Notes under the pieces: generated by a model
Seen by the model: the letters and a program-made list of their open reading frames with translations, nothing else
Databases searched by the model: none
What the model was told of the DNA's origin: nothing
DNA from: an uncultured Actinomycetes bacterium
Lineage (GTDB): Bacteria > Actinomycetota > Thermoleophilia > RBG-16-64-13
Assembly: GCA_963816155.1 (NCBI GenBank)
Contig: CAWFJE010000002.1
Span: 130,980-194,979 of the forward strand
Direction: 5' to 3'
DNA: 64,000 bases
Position numbers and translations under genes: made by a program
In this document: piece by piece, positions 49,294 to 59,229 of the stretch
Layout of the letters: every line of letters starts with the position of its first letter
Position numbering within the stretch: the stretch's first letter is position 1

Positions 49294-49455
49294 GCGCCTG
49301 GCGAAGTCCTGATTCAGATAGCCGACTACCTCTTCCAGAGATAGACGGGGTCGTCAGCCACCGCCCCTGGACAAAGCATCGGCGCGCCGTGAACCGACCA
49401 TCACCAACTGGGTCGCGGTCTTCTCCATATACATCTCTCCCTTGCGTGTGTCGAG

Positions 49456-49779
49456 CTAGGCCAGCCCGAACTCTGCTTCGTAGTCTTTCTGGCTACGGGC
49501 GCCGATGAGCTGGGCCTTCTGCTCTCCGCCCTCGAACATCATCACCGTGGGGATGCTCATGATGCCGAAGCGGGCGGCGAGCTCCTGGTTCTCGTCCACG
49601 TTCACCTTCACAACGCTCACCTTGTCGCCGTGATCCGCGGCCAGCTTCTCCAACACGGGGGCCACCATACGGCAAGGCCCGCACCACGGAGCCCAAAAAT
49701 CTGCCACCACAGGGACGGTGGCCACAGAGACGATGTCGTCGAAACCCTTGGTGTCTACTTCCTGCACTTCCCCGCTCAT
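49456..49779 (-). CDS. trxA: thioredoxin
   Basis: VVADFWAPWCGPCRMVAPVLEKLA...IMSIPTVMMF. ATG 49779 with AAGGAGAG RBS. Confidence 0.9.
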   Translation of the reverse strand: MSGEVQEVDTKGFDDIVSVATVPVVADFWAPWCGPCRMVAPVLEKLAADHGDKVSVVKVNVDENQELAARFGIMSIPTVMMFEGGEQKAQLIGARSQKDYEAEFGLA

Positions 49780-50091
49780 TCTCGCTCTCCTTGTCTCGGA
49801 TGGCCCCGCCAACCTGCTGCCGCTATTCTATCCGGTACGTGAATCGACCGGCCCATGCACCGATCCGTTCGTTGCTGGCGACACGGCCGACCCCGCTCTC
49901 ATATACCCAGTAGGGTATCTTAACACACGGTCGCCAGCGCTGCCACTTCGAAGCCGAAGCACGACCCATGGACCACGTTCCGCCTGGCTATTGTTACCCT
50001 CAACCGCAATCCGCTAACCTAGGATGCTGCTGAACAATGACGCTTCGCCGCATGGATGCGCCGGCCACGGACGAGACAAGGGGGCGATCTT

Positions 50092-50748
50092 ATGAGACTC
50101 ACCTACTTCGGCCATGCTTCGTTTCTGGTCGAGACCCGCGACGGAACACGCGTGATACTCGACCCGTACGTGCCCGACTGCTACGACGGCGCTCTCCGCT
50201 ATGGCGCCATCGACCAACCTGCCGACGTGGTCATCGCTTCGCACACCCACGAGGACCATTGCGGCATCGACACGATCGCCGGAAACCCGGTGAAGTTCGT
50301 CCAGCCCCAGCAGGAGACCGTCGGAGGCCTCAGCATCACGGGTGTCGACGTCCGCCACGACGACAGTGGCGGTAGCGAACGCGGCGAGAACACCATGCTC
50401 GTGCTCGACGACGGCGAGGTGCGCCTAGCGCACCTTGGCGACCTGGGGCACGCCCTCGATGCTGACACCGCCGGCATGTTGGGCAGAGTCGACGTACTGC
50501 TGATACCGGTCGGCGGCTTCTTCACCGTCGACCACAGCGTAGCAGCCGAGATCGTGGAGACGCTGCGACCGCGCATCGTGGTGCCCATGCACTACAAGAC
50601 CGACAAGGTCGACTTCCCCATAGCCGATGTCGATCCCTTCCTCGCGACACAGGCGCGTGTGGAGCGCAAGGACACCTCGACCCTGGAGGTGACATTTGAT
50701 TCCTTGCCGACCGAACGGAGCGTGGTCGTCCTGACCCCGTCACTCTGA
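50092..50748 (+). CDS. MBL-fold metallo-hydrolase
   Basis: MRLTYFGHASFLVE...VVIASHTHEDHCG (HxHxDH), ...HLGDLGH, VLLIPVGG. Confidence 0.75.
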   Translation: MRLTYFGHASFLVETRDGTRVILDPYVPDCYDGALRYGAIDQPADVVIASHTHEDHCGIDTIAGNPVKFVQPQQETVGGLSITGVDVRHDDSGGSERGENTMLVLDDGEVRLAHLGDLGHALDADTAGMLGRVDVLLIPVGGFFTVDHSVAAEIVETLRPRIVVPMHYKTDKVDFPIADVDPFLATQARVERKDTSTLEVTFDSLPTERSVVVLTPSL

Positions 50749-50777
50749 CCCGGCGCTCGAGCTCCGTCTGAGGGGCG

Positions 50778-51119
50778 GTGCCGGCTCAGAGCGACAAGGC
50801 TGTCTTCACCTTCGCCACCACCCATGAGGCCATGGCGGCGGAGGATATCCTGCGGGGGGAAGGTGTGCCCTTGGAGGTCGTTCCGCCGCCGCGCGGACTG
50901 AGCGCCGGCTGCGGACTCGCCCTTCGGGTCTCTATGGAGGACGCGCCCAGGGCGCACGCCACGCTTGCTCGGGAGGGCGCGGCATTCCAGGCGCTTCACC
51001 GTCTCGACGCGGACCGGAGAGTGCGCGAAAGACTCGTCTGGGATGCTGATGCTAAAGTGTGGCACCCGCAAGCGGGCACAGACCTGAACGATACGGAGGG
51101 ACGTAGCCATCTCACCTGA
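50778..51119 (+). CDS. DUF3343 domain protein (putative Se/S carrier protein-like family)
   Basis: AVFTFATTHEAMAAEDILRGEGVPLEVVPPPRGLSAGCGLALRV: conserved Cys-Gly in the DUF3343 context. Confidence 0.6.
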   Translation: MPAQSDKAVFTFATTHEAMAAEDILRGEGVPLEVVPPPRGLSAGCGLALRVSMEDAPRAHATLAREGAAFQALHRLDADRRVRERLVWDADAKVWHPQAGTDLNDTEGRSHLT

Positions 51120-51234
51120 AGCCGGATCTGATTCCACGCCTAAGCAGCAGGGCGCGCCGCAGGGCAAGAAGCAGGGCAAGACCACCAAGAAGGGGCGGAT
51201 CCTGCGCCTCAAGCCGGGCCCCCTACGCCGGGCC

Positions 51235-53982
51235 GTGATCATCGCCATCATCCTGGTGCTGGTGTTCGGCGTCGGAGGGCTGGTATCGCGCATCTGGACC
51301 GGTCTGCTGTGGTATCAGGAGGTGGGATACACCACCGTGTTCTGGACCCCGGTGTGGGCAGGCGTCGTGGTGGGGCTCGCGTTCGCAGCCCTCTTCTTCA
51401 TCATCTTCTACGGCAGCCTCTTCGCCGCCCGGAAGATCTCGCCCCGGCTATTGACGGTGCCCACGGACCGCGACGGTGAGGTCTTCGAACTCCGGAGTCG
51501 ACGCCGTTGGCCGGGGCGATTGATGCTCATAGTTTCCGTGGTCATGGCGGTGATAGTGGGTGTGGCCTACGGCTCGCGTTGGGAACAGGTCTTCCTCTTC
51601 TTCGGCCGGAGCGACTTCGGCTACGTCGACCCGGTGTTCGGCAGAGACGCGTCCTTCTTCGTCTTCACACTGCCACTTTGGAAGATGCTCGTTGACTTCG
51701 TAGGTATCGTGCTGCTCCTGACCTTCATCGCAACAGCGTTCGTGTATGTGGTCGATCGAGCCTTGGTCCTGAACGCCAAGAACCGGCCGAGCCTGGCCCC
51801 TCACGTCAAGGCCCATCTCTCGGTCATCCTGGCCGCCGCGATGGTGGCCAAAGCCGGCGACTACATGATCCAGACCTGGTCGCTCAACCTGACCCAGAAC
51901 GCGGCCGTGTTCGGTGCCGGATACACCGACGTTCACGCCCGCCTACCGGTCCTTCACTTCCTGGCCATCGTGTCGCTCGTGGCCGCGGCCATCTTTCTGG
52001 CCAACATCCGCTACCGGGGCTGGCGTCTGCCCATGATCGCCATCGCCATCATGTTCCTGACCTGGGCCATAGGCGGCAAGGTCTACCCGGCCCTCATTCA
52101 GCAGTACAAGGTGTCACCGAACGAGATCGCGGCGGAGACCCAGTACATCGAGAGCAACATCGAAGCCACGCGCTGGGCCTTCGGTCTGAGCGACATGGTG
52201 AACGTCGCCTCAGGGGCCACCGACGACCTGACCGCCGACGACATCAGGGCGAACGCGGACACCATCGGCAACATCCGCCTCTGGGAGCCTCGGCCGGCCC
52301 TGTCCACCTACTCCCAGATCCAAGAGATCCGCCTCTACTACTCCTTCCGGGATGTCGACGTCGACCGCTATACCGTCGATGGCAAGTTCCGCGAGGTGCT
52401 GCTGAGCGCGCGCGAACTCGACCAGACCCGACTCCAAGAGCAGTCACGCACCTGGGTTAACCTCCACCTCACGTATACACACGGCTATGGTTTCGTCCTC
52501 AGCCCGGTCAACGAGGCTGGAGCCGACGGCCTTCCCGTGCTGATGGTCAAGGACATCCCGCCCCGCACGGATACCGACATCAAGATCACCCGGCCCGAGA
52601 TCTACTACGGAGAGGTGGGCAACGACTACGTGGTCGTGCGCACCACGAGTCCTGAGTTCGACTACCCCAAGGGCGACACGAACGTCTCATCGACCTACCA
52701 GGGTGGGGGCGGCGTCTCCATCGGCAACAAGATCCGTCAGATCGCCTTCAGCTTCCGCTTTGGGACCGCGAAGCTGCTCTTCACCGACTCCTTCACGGAG
52801 GACTCCCGCATCATGTACCGGAGGACCATAGCGGAGCGTGTGCAGGCGCTCGCCCCCTTCCTCGAGTACGACGGCGACCCCTATCTGGTGGTCCGTGACG
52901 ACGGCTCGCTGGTCTGGATGTGGGACGCGTTCACCATATCCGGTCGCTTCCCTTACTCGCAGCCGCGTGCGGACGGCACCAACTACATCCGCAACCCCAT
53001 CAAGGTGGTCATCGACGCCTACAACGGTAGCGTGACCTTCTACCAGATCGACCCTGAGGACCCGCTGGCCAACGCCTGGAGCCAAGTGTACAAGGGCCTG
53101 TTCACCCCCGGCGAGGAGATGCCGGAAGACATCCGCCGGCACATGCGCTACCCCGAGGACATGTACAAGGTGCAGGCCGAAGTCCTCACCATCTATCACA
53201 TGAAGGATCCCCAGATCTTCTACAACAAGGAGGACGTCTGGGAGATCCCCACCGAGATCTACAGTGGCGAGGAGATCCCGGTGGTCCCCTACTACGAAGT
53301 GCTGACCCTCCCCGGTCAGACCGAGCCCGAGTTCGCTCTCCTGCAGCCCTTCACACCGTTGAGCAAGAAGAACATGGCCTCCCTCCTCGTGGCCAGACAG
53401 GACGGAGAGCACTACGGGAAGTTGGCGCTGCTGGACTTCCCGAAGGACAAACTCGTCTTCGGGCCCTCCCAGGTGGAGGCCCGCATCACCAACGACCCCG
53501 CTATCTCGGCCCAACTCACGCTCTGGAGCCAGGCCGGCAGCGAGGTGATACGGGGCAACCTGCTGGTAGTGCCCATCGAGGACACCGTCATGTATTTCGA
53601 GCCCCTGTACCTCCAGGCCTCGCAGAGTCCGCTGCCGGAACTGACGCGCGTGATAGTCAGCTACGCCGACAAGGTGGCCATGGAACCGACCCTCATCGAG
53701 GCTCTGACCAAGATCTTCAGTGAGCCGATCGACTCGGGATCGACCACGACCAGCACACCGGGCACCACCGTACCCGGTGGCGGAACAACGACCTCCAGCA
53801 CCACGTCGCCTTCGGGTCCCACGACGACGCTGAGCGGCGACGCCCAGACTCTGATCGAACAGGCGAACCAACACTACGAGGCGGCCGTCGCCGCCCAACA
53901 GCAAGGCGACTGGGCTGAGTACGGGCTTCAACTCGAACAACTCGGCGTCGTCCTGGAGGCACTGGCAGCGCTCCAGCAGTAG
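51235..53982 (+). CDS. UPF0182 family membrane protein
   Basis: 915 aa; N-terminal 7-TM region followed by a large extracytoplasmic domain; matches UPF0182 across the whole length. C-terminal Thr/Ser/Pro-rich linker TTTSTPGTTVPGGGTTTSSTTSPSGPTTT. GTG start; an earlier non-canonical start is possible. Confidence 0.8.
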   Translation: MIIAIILVLVFGVGGLVSRIWTGLLWYQEVGYTTVFWTPVWAGVVVGLAFAALFFIIFYGSLFAARKISPRLLTVPTDRDGEVFELRSRRRWPGRLMLIVSVVMAVIVGVAYGSRWEQVFLFFGRSDFGYVDPVFGRDASFFVFTLPLWKMLVDFVGIVLLLTFIATAFVYVVDRALVLNAKNRPSLAPHVKAHLSVILAAAMVAKAGDYMIQTWSLNLTQNAAVFGAGYTDVHARLPVLHFLAIVSLVAAAIFLANIRYRGWRLPMIAIAIMFLTWAIGGKVYPALIQQYKVSPNEIAAETQYIESNIEATRWAFGLSDMVNVASGATDDLTADDIRANADTIGNIRLWEPRPALSTYSQIQEIRLYYSFRDVDVDRYTVDGKFREVLLSARELDQTRLQEQSRTWVNLHLTYTHGYGFVLSPVNEAGADGLPVLMVKDIPPRTDTDIKITRPEIYYGEVGNDYVVVRTTSPEFDYPKGDTNVSSTYQGGGGVSIGNKIRQIAFSFRFGTAKLLFTDSFTEDSRIMYRRTIAERVQALAPFLEYDGDPYLVVRDDGSLVWMWDAFTISGRFPYSQPRADGTNYIRNPIKVVIDAYNGSVTFYQIDPEDPLANAWSQVYKGLFTPGEEMPEDIRRHMRYPEDMYKVQAEVLTIYHMKDPQIFYNKEDVWEIPTEIYSGEEIPVVPYYEVLTLPGQTEPEFALLQPFTPLSKKNMASLLVARQDGEHYGKLALLDFPKDKLVFGPSQVEARITNDPAISAQLTLWSQAGSEVIRGNLLVVPIEDTVMYFEPLYLQASQSPLPELTRVIVSYADKVAMEPTLIEALTKIFSEPIDSGSTTTSTPGTTVPGGGTTTSSTTSPSGPTTTLSGDAQTLIEQANQHYEAAVAAQQQGDWAEYGLQLEQLGVVLEALAALQQ

Positions 53983-54224
53983 CAAGAGCGGCAACGGCCG
54001 CGCGCGGCCCGGCAGTCCCGGGTGGACGCTGTCGGCAGCAGACCCAGGTGGGCTGCAGACGCATCCTCCGCGGTTTGGCGGGACCGGGATTGAGGCAATA
54101 CACTTAGGTGGGGTCGGCTACTGCCGAGCCCCACGGCACAGGAACACTCTCATGCGAGGTCACGGTGGAACCAAGACGTAAGAACGATCCGCCCAGCCTG
54201 CCACGCCAGAGCGACGTGGACAGG

Positions 54225-54689
54225 ATGTTCCTCGAACTGCTTCGCGGCGAACGGGCGCGCCGCTACGGCGGCGCCGCCCTCAGACCGAATGCCGATGTCT
54301 ACTTCGACAGCCGCCGCGGAGTCGTGGTCGTCAAGCTGGAACTGGCCGGCATCGATCCCAACCAGATCGACCTGGAGGTCGACGACGGGGTCCTGCGCGT
54401 GAGTGGGACGCGCGCCGATACGAAACATCCCGATGCCGTATACCAGCAGATGGAGATCAGCTACGGCCGCTTCGAGCGCCTGGTCTCCCTACCCCCGGAA
54501 GTGGATGTCGGCGGAGCCTCCGCAGAGTACGTTAACGGGTTCCTCGAAATCGTTCTTCCTCTTCGGCGGCGCTCCGGACGCAAGCGCATAGCCATCGCTA
54601 CGACAGAAGAGAACGCGCCCGCGGGTGAAGACGAACAACGCGATGCCGAAGGCGGACAGGCCCCAAGCGAAGGGGGGCCGCAGCGATGA
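54225..54689 (+). CDS. Hsp20/alpha-crystallin family small heat-shock protein
   Basis: ADVYFDSRRGVVVVKLELAGIDPNQIDLEVDDGVLRVSGTR...GFLEIVLP (ACD domain). The stop overlaps the lon start. Confidence 0.8.
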   Translation: MFLELLRGERARRYGGAALRPNADVYFDSRRGVVVVKLELAGIDPNQIDLEVDDGVLRVSGTRADTKHPDAVYQQMEISYGRFERLVSLPPEVDVGGASAEYVNGFLEIVLPLRRRSGRKRIAIATTEENAPAGEDEQRDAEGGQAPSEGGPQR

Positions 54690-57217
54690 CGGCCAGGCGG
54701 CTGGAACCGGACCCCTTCGACGAGCATGACAGAGCCGTTGAAGAGGCGCTGCTGATGGCGGCGACACAAGACTTCGTGATCATGTCTCAGAACCCCGGCG
54801 ACGGGGAGGACCAACCCGTCTTCGAGGACCTCAGCCTGCCCATCCTCCCCCTCAAGGACACCGTCATCTTTCCCGACACACTCCTTCCTCTGGCTGTGGG
54901 TCAGCCTCGTTCTGTCCAGCTGATCGACGACGTCCTCCGCGGAGACAAACAGGTGGGACTCGTGGCAGCGAAGTCGGCCGACATCGAGACCCCCATGCCC
55001 GACGACGTCTACCAGGTGGGGGTCCTGGCCAGCATCCAGAAGATGATCAAAGCCCCCGATGGGACCCTGCGCATCATCGTCCAGGGCATCAGACGCATCA
55101 CCATCGATCGCTACACGGCCGAGGAGCCGTACCTCGTCGCCGAGGTGAGCGATCTGCCCGACGTGGTCGAGGAAGGCACTGAGCTCGAGGCTCTGCAGCG
55201 CAACCTGGTATCGGTGTACACGCAGATCATCCAGTTGGTCCCCAACCTTCCCGACGAGCTGGAGATGGCGGCGGCCAACATCGACGACCCGTCGGCGCTG
55301 GGCTACTTCATCGCCTCGACCATGCGCCTGAAGGCCGAGGAGAAGCAGGAACTACTCCAGGAGGTGGAGGTCTCCAAGCGCCTGCGCCGTCTCACCGGGT
55401 TCATGAGCCGGGAGCTCGAGGTACTCCAACTGGGCTCCAAGATCCAGGACCAGGTCCAATCAGAGATGGACAAGAACCAGCGCGAGTACTTCCTGCGCCA
55501 GCAGCTGAAGGCCATCCAGGACGAGCTGGGAGAGACAGACGAGACCCAAGCGGAGACGAACGAGTTGCGCGACCGCCTGGAGGAGGCCCAGCTTCCCGAA
55601 GAGGTGGACAAACAGGCCCGGAGAGAGCTCGACCGTCTGGCGAAACTACCTCCCGCGGCAGCTGAGTACGGGGTGATCCGTACCTATCTGGACTGGATCC
55701 TCTCCCTTCCCTGGTCGACCTTCTCAGAGGACGACCTCGATATCCCCCACGCCCGCACCATCCTCGACGAGGACCACTACGACCTGGAGGACGTCAAGGA
55801 CCGCATCCTCGAGTTCTTGGCAGTACAGAAGCTCAAGAGCGGGGTCTCCGGCCCCATCCTGTGCTTCGCGGGCCCCCCCGGAGTGGGGAAGACCAGCCTA
55901 GGCAAGAGCATCGCCCGGGCCATGGGCAGGAAGTTCATCCGCATCAGCGTGGGCGGAGTGCGCGACGAGTCCGAGATCCGCGGCCACCGGCGCACCTACG
56001 TGGGCGCGATGCCGGGCACCATCATACGGGCCCTGCGCGATGCCGGCAGCAGCAACCCCGTCTTCATGATCGATGAGATAGACAAGATGGGCTCCGACTG
56101 GCGTGGCGACCCGTCGAGCGCGATGCTCGAGGTCCTGGATCCCGAGCAGAACAGCAGCTTCAGGGACCACTACCTCGACCTGCCCTTCGACCTCTCCCGA
56201 GTGATGTTCGTCTGTACGGCCAACATGCTCGACACCATCCCCGGGCCGCTGCGCGATCGCATGGAGATCATCTCCATCGCCGGCTACACCCAGGAGGACA
56301 AGCTCCACATCGCGCGACGCTACCTGGTACCCCGCCAGATCGACCGTAACGGTCTGAGTGAGGGTCAGCTGGAGTTGACCGACGAGGCCCTACGAACAGT
56401 CATCGAGAACTACACCCGTGAGGCCGGCGTCAGGAATCTCGAGCGCGAGATCGGTACCGTGGCCCGCAAGTTCGCACGCATGGTGGCCGAGGAAGAAAAA
56501 GAGACCCTTGTGGTCGATTGCGAGCAGGTCCCTGATTTCCTTGGCAAGAAGAAGGTCTTCCGGGAGACCAAGCGCCGCACAAGCGACCCCGGAGTGTCCA
56601 CAGGCCTGGCCTGGACGCCGACGGGAGGCGACATCCTCTTCATCGAAGCCCGGGCCATGCCTGGCACCGGCCGTCTCATCCTCACGGGCCAACTGGGCGA
56701 CGTCATGAAGGAATCGGCCCAAGCGGCCCTCACGGTGATACGCAGCATCGCGGACAAGCTGAATGCAGACGCGGAGTTCTTCCAGAAGCACGATATCCAC
56801 GTGCACGTCCCGGCGGGCGCCGTACCCAAAGACGGCCCCTCGGCGGGTGTGGCTATGACGATAGCCCTGGCCAGCATGATCTCAGGACGCCCCGTGGACC
56901 CGGCGTCGGCCATGACCGGCGAAGTGACTCTTACCGGTCAGGTATTGCCTGTGGGCGGGATCAAGGAGAAGGTGCTGGCCGCCCGGGCCGCCGGCATAAC
57001 CCGGGTGTTCCTACCCGATCGCAACGAGGCCGATATCGCCGAGATCCGCGGAGACGATGTGCTGAGCGGGATCGAGTTCGTGTATGCCGACCATGTGAGC
57101 ACCGTGCTCGATCAGGTGATGGACGAGAGCAAGAAGCCCCGGAACGGCAAGAAGGTTCGCACGGCCAAGAGAGCGGCCCCACGCGCGAAAACGGCTCCGG
57201 ACGGCAAGATGACCTGA
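54686..57217 (+). CDS. lon: ATP-dependent Lon protease (LonA)
   Basis: LON N-domain; AAA+ GPPGVGKTSLGKSIA; Ser-Lys dyad region PKDGPSAGVAMTIALAS... Confidence 0.9.
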   Translation: MTARRLEPDPFDEHDRAVEEALLMAATQDFVIMSQNPGDGEDQPVFEDLSLPILPLKDTVIFPDTLLPLAVGQPRSVQLIDDVLRGDKQVGLVAAKSADIETPMPDDVYQVGVLASIQKMIKAPDGTLRIIVQGIRRITIDRYTAEEPYLVAEVSDLPDVVEEGTELEALQRNLVSVYTQIIQLVPNLPDELEMAAANIDDPSALGYFIASTMRLKAEEKQELLQEVEVSKRLRRLTGFMSRELEVLQLGSKIQDQVQSEMDKNQREYFLRQQLKAIQDELGETDETQAETNELRDRLEEAQLPEEVDKQARRELDRLAKLPPAAAEYGVIRTYLDWILSLPWSTFSEDDLDIPHARTILDEDHYDLEDVKDRILEFLAVQKLKSGVSGPILCFAGPPGVGKTSLGKSIARAMGRKFIRISVGGVRDESEIRGHRRTYVGAMPGTIIRALRDAGSSNPVFMIDEIDKMGSDWRGDPSSAMLEVLDPEQNSSFRDHYLDLPFDLSRVMFVCTANMLDTIPGPLRDRMEIISIAGYTQEDKLHIARRYLVPRQIDRNGLSEGQLELTDEALRTVIENYTREAGVRNLEREIGTVARKFARMVAEEEKETLVVDCEQVPDFLGKKKVFRETKRRTSDPGVSTGLAWTPTGGDILFIEARAMPGTGRLILTGQLGDVMKESAQAALTVIRSIADKLNADAEFFQKHDIHVHVPAGAVPKDGPSAGVAMTIALASMISGRPVDPASAMTGEVTLTGQVLPVGGIKEKVLAARAAGITRVFLPDRNEADIAEIRGDDVLSGIEFVYADHVSTVLDQVMDESKKPRNGKKVRTAKRAAPRAKTAPDGKMT

Positions 57218-57268
57218 GGAAGCTCGCCTCTGGGGCCCGCCCCGAACCGGCCTCAGGAAGGCGGGGGA

Positions 57269-57682
57269 TCAGCCCTTGCGCAGGCGCTGCGAGGCCGCGC
57301 GACGCAGGCGAGCGGCCTCGCGCACAGGTAGCGACTCGCTCAACTTGATGAGTACATCAGGAGGCACGCGATCATCAAGAGCCACCATGACGGCGTGGAA
57401 CGCCCGCGTGGCCTCTTCGCGAGCCTGATAGGAGCCCGCCTTCTGCACGGCGAGGGCGAAAGCCTCCATCTGGTCTTTGACCACGCGACTCTTGTCGGTC
57501 ACAAGGTCGCGTACGCTGTAACCCAGCTTGTAATCAAGCAGATCGCTCGGTCGGACATGTGTGACCCTCTGCAAGATGCGCAGCAGGCCACTCCAGATAA
57601 TGCGCGTGGCAGGATAGCGCCGATACCTCGCCCTGCGCGGTCTCGACCCCAGTACGACTGCTCCCGAAACGTTACTCGACAC
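57269..57682 (-). CDS. hypothetical basic protein (137 aa), possibly DUF2267-like
   Basis: ORF with weak similarity pattern (...AFALAVQKAGSYQAREEATRAFHAVMVAL...LSESLP). Confidence 0.3.
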   Translation of the reverse strand: MSSNVSGAVVLGSRPRRARYRRYPATRIIWSGLLRILQRVTHVRPSDLLDYKLGYSVRDLVTDKSRVVKDQMEAFALAVQKAGSYQAREEATRAFHAVMVALDDRVPPDVLIKLSESLPVREAARLRRAASQRLRKG

Positions 57683-57780
57683 GGGTGGTCCCCCATCGAC
57701 GGTAGTTGCTGTGTGGTGACATCATAACCCAGCTTGGTGAAGCTGCAAAGGACGGACCGCCACCGACCCGACGCGCCTCC

Positions 57781-58317
57781 TCAATGGTGTCTTTCCACTC
57801 GGAAGCGGAGGAGACGATAACGATCACGCCGCGGGTCGATGCCACCCTTGCGGCACGTGATGTCCACCTGCTGCTCGACGGTGTCCACGCCCTCGAGATC
57901 GGGCAGGAGGAGCGCGCGGCGACCGTCGGCGGCCTCCACTATCAGACCGTACTCCTTGGGGTCGAGATACTCGCTGCTCGGAACCTCCTCCGCGGGGCCG
58001 AGAACGTCCACCGAGATGTCGAGGAGGGGAAGCTCCGAGGCCGCGAGGGGCATGAAGCGAGGATCGCGAGTCGCAGCGCTGATGGCGTTCCCGACGATCT
58101 CCTCCTCGATGCTGGGCTGAGTAGGTTCCAGGGTACCGATGCACCCCCGCAGGGAACCATCGTCGAGATGCAGCGAGACGAAGACGCCGGCCCTTCTCGG
58201 CTCCAGCCCGGGGATCTCTTCGGGCTCGATCACCCTGCGGCCGGTGACATAGGCCTCGATCGCCTTGGCGGCCAGCACGACCAGCGGATCGGGGGAGCTC
58301 CGCACCACCTTGCTCAC
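57781..58317 (-). CDS. AMMECR1 domain protein (AmmeMemoRadiSam system protein A)
   Basis: GVFVSLHLDDGSLRGCIGTLEP...ATRDPRFMPL...ALLLP. GTG start overlaps the upstream stop (GTGA). Confidence 0.75.
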   Translation of the reverse strand: MSKVVRSSPDPLVVLAAKAIEAYVTGRRVIEPEEIPGLEPRRAGVFVSLHLDDGSLRGCIGTLEPTQPSIEEEIVGNAISAATRDPRFMPLAASELPLLDISVDVLGPAEEVPSSEYLDPKEYGLIVEAADGRRALLLPDLEGVDTVEQQVDITCRKGGIDPRRDRYRLLRFRVERHH

Positions 58318-59186
58318 GTCGTCACCTCCGCCTGGCTGGGAGTCGAGGGTCCCACGTCCGCCCGCGCCAAATCGACTTCCCCCACCAGGTATCCCACCCC
58401 GAAGGGACCTTCGTAGGAGAGAAGGTGGTTCCTCGTACGGACTCCCGTCTTCTCGACCGCCTGGACGATCCCGGAGAGCACGGCCAACGAACGGTAGCCA
58501 CACTCCCCAGCCGCTTCGACGATGCGAGGCTCGATACTGAGGAGGGCATCCCAGTCGCCGGCTGCGAAGGCATCGGCTACGGCCCGGTCGAACTCGGCTC
58601 CCCGAGGGTCGAACCCTGCCGGAGCACCACGCAGGAGGCGATGGCTGAGGTCGCTGCTGGCCACGTAGAGAGCCCGTTTGGGACTCGCCTCCAGCACCCG
58701 GCCTATGGCCTCTCCGAAGCGGATGTGCTCTTCAAGGCTGAGGTAGGAGAACGATAGCGACACCAACTTGGGTAGGGGCTGCAGCCCGGAGGCCAGGAAG
58801 TGCAGAGGCACCATGATGCCGTGGTCCAGATCGACGATCTCGCCGGGCGACGCGGTGGCCGCGGCGGGGATGCCGCGGGCCACGGTTTCTTCCATGAGAG
58901 CCCGGGCCAGGTCGTCGTCGCCACCGGTCTCCAGACGGACTTGAGGCGCGCGAAAGTAGGCCAGAGAGCCCCTGAAGGTCGAGGCCAGAGATATGCCCAT
59001 CTGGTGCCGCGCAAGCGGGCTGTGCGGAGAAAGAAGGACGATGGTGTCGGGGTCGAGAAGCGCCGCCTTCCTGCCCAGGGCGCGCATAGACTGCAGGGTC
59101 GCATCTACGTGCTGTACCTCCGCTCCCCCCACTTCGGGAATGACGATGGGGGGATGCGGCATTGCGAAACAGCCGATAAGAGTCAT
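58314..59186 (-). CDS. AmmeMemoRadiSam system protein B (Memo-like / class-III extradiol dioxygenase fold)
   Basis: GCFAMPHPPIVIPEVGG...LLSPHSP...DLDHGIMVPLHFL...VASSDLSHR. Confidence 0.8.
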   Translation of the reverse strand: MTLIGCFAMPHPPIVIPEVGGAEVQHVDATLQSMRALGRKAALLDPDTIVLLSPHSPLARHQMGISLASTFRGSLAYFRAPQVRLETGGDDDLARALMEETVARGIPAAATASPGEIVDLDHGIMVPLHFLASGLQPLPKLVSLSFSYLSLEEHIRFGEAIGRVLEASPKRALYVASSDLSHRLLRGAPAGFDPRGAEFDRAVADAFAAGDWDALLSIEPRIVEAAGECGYRSLAVLSGIVQAVEKTGVRTRNHLLSYEGPFGVGYLVGEVDLARADVGPSTPSQAEVTT

Positions 59187-59229
59187 CCTTCAACCTCCCT
59201 GGTCAGGCCGACGGCTCCGCCGGCCGCCG

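Noticed and set aside
52687-53994. 435-aa minus-strand ORF
   Set aside because: Antisense to the UPF0182 gene.
53983-54060. Intrinsic terminator after the UPF0182 gene (GGCCGCGCGCGGCC palindrome, CCCGG-cagtc-CCGGG)
   Set aside because: GC palindromes without a U-tract are frequent in this composition; not confident enough to list as a feature.
54000-54225. HAIR/CIRCE heat-shock operator upstream of hsp20-lon
   Set aside because: Looked for the CTTGAGT-N7-ACTCAAG and TTAGCACTC-N9-GAGTGCTAA inverted repeats; neither is present (only non-palindromic TTGAGG...CTTAGG).
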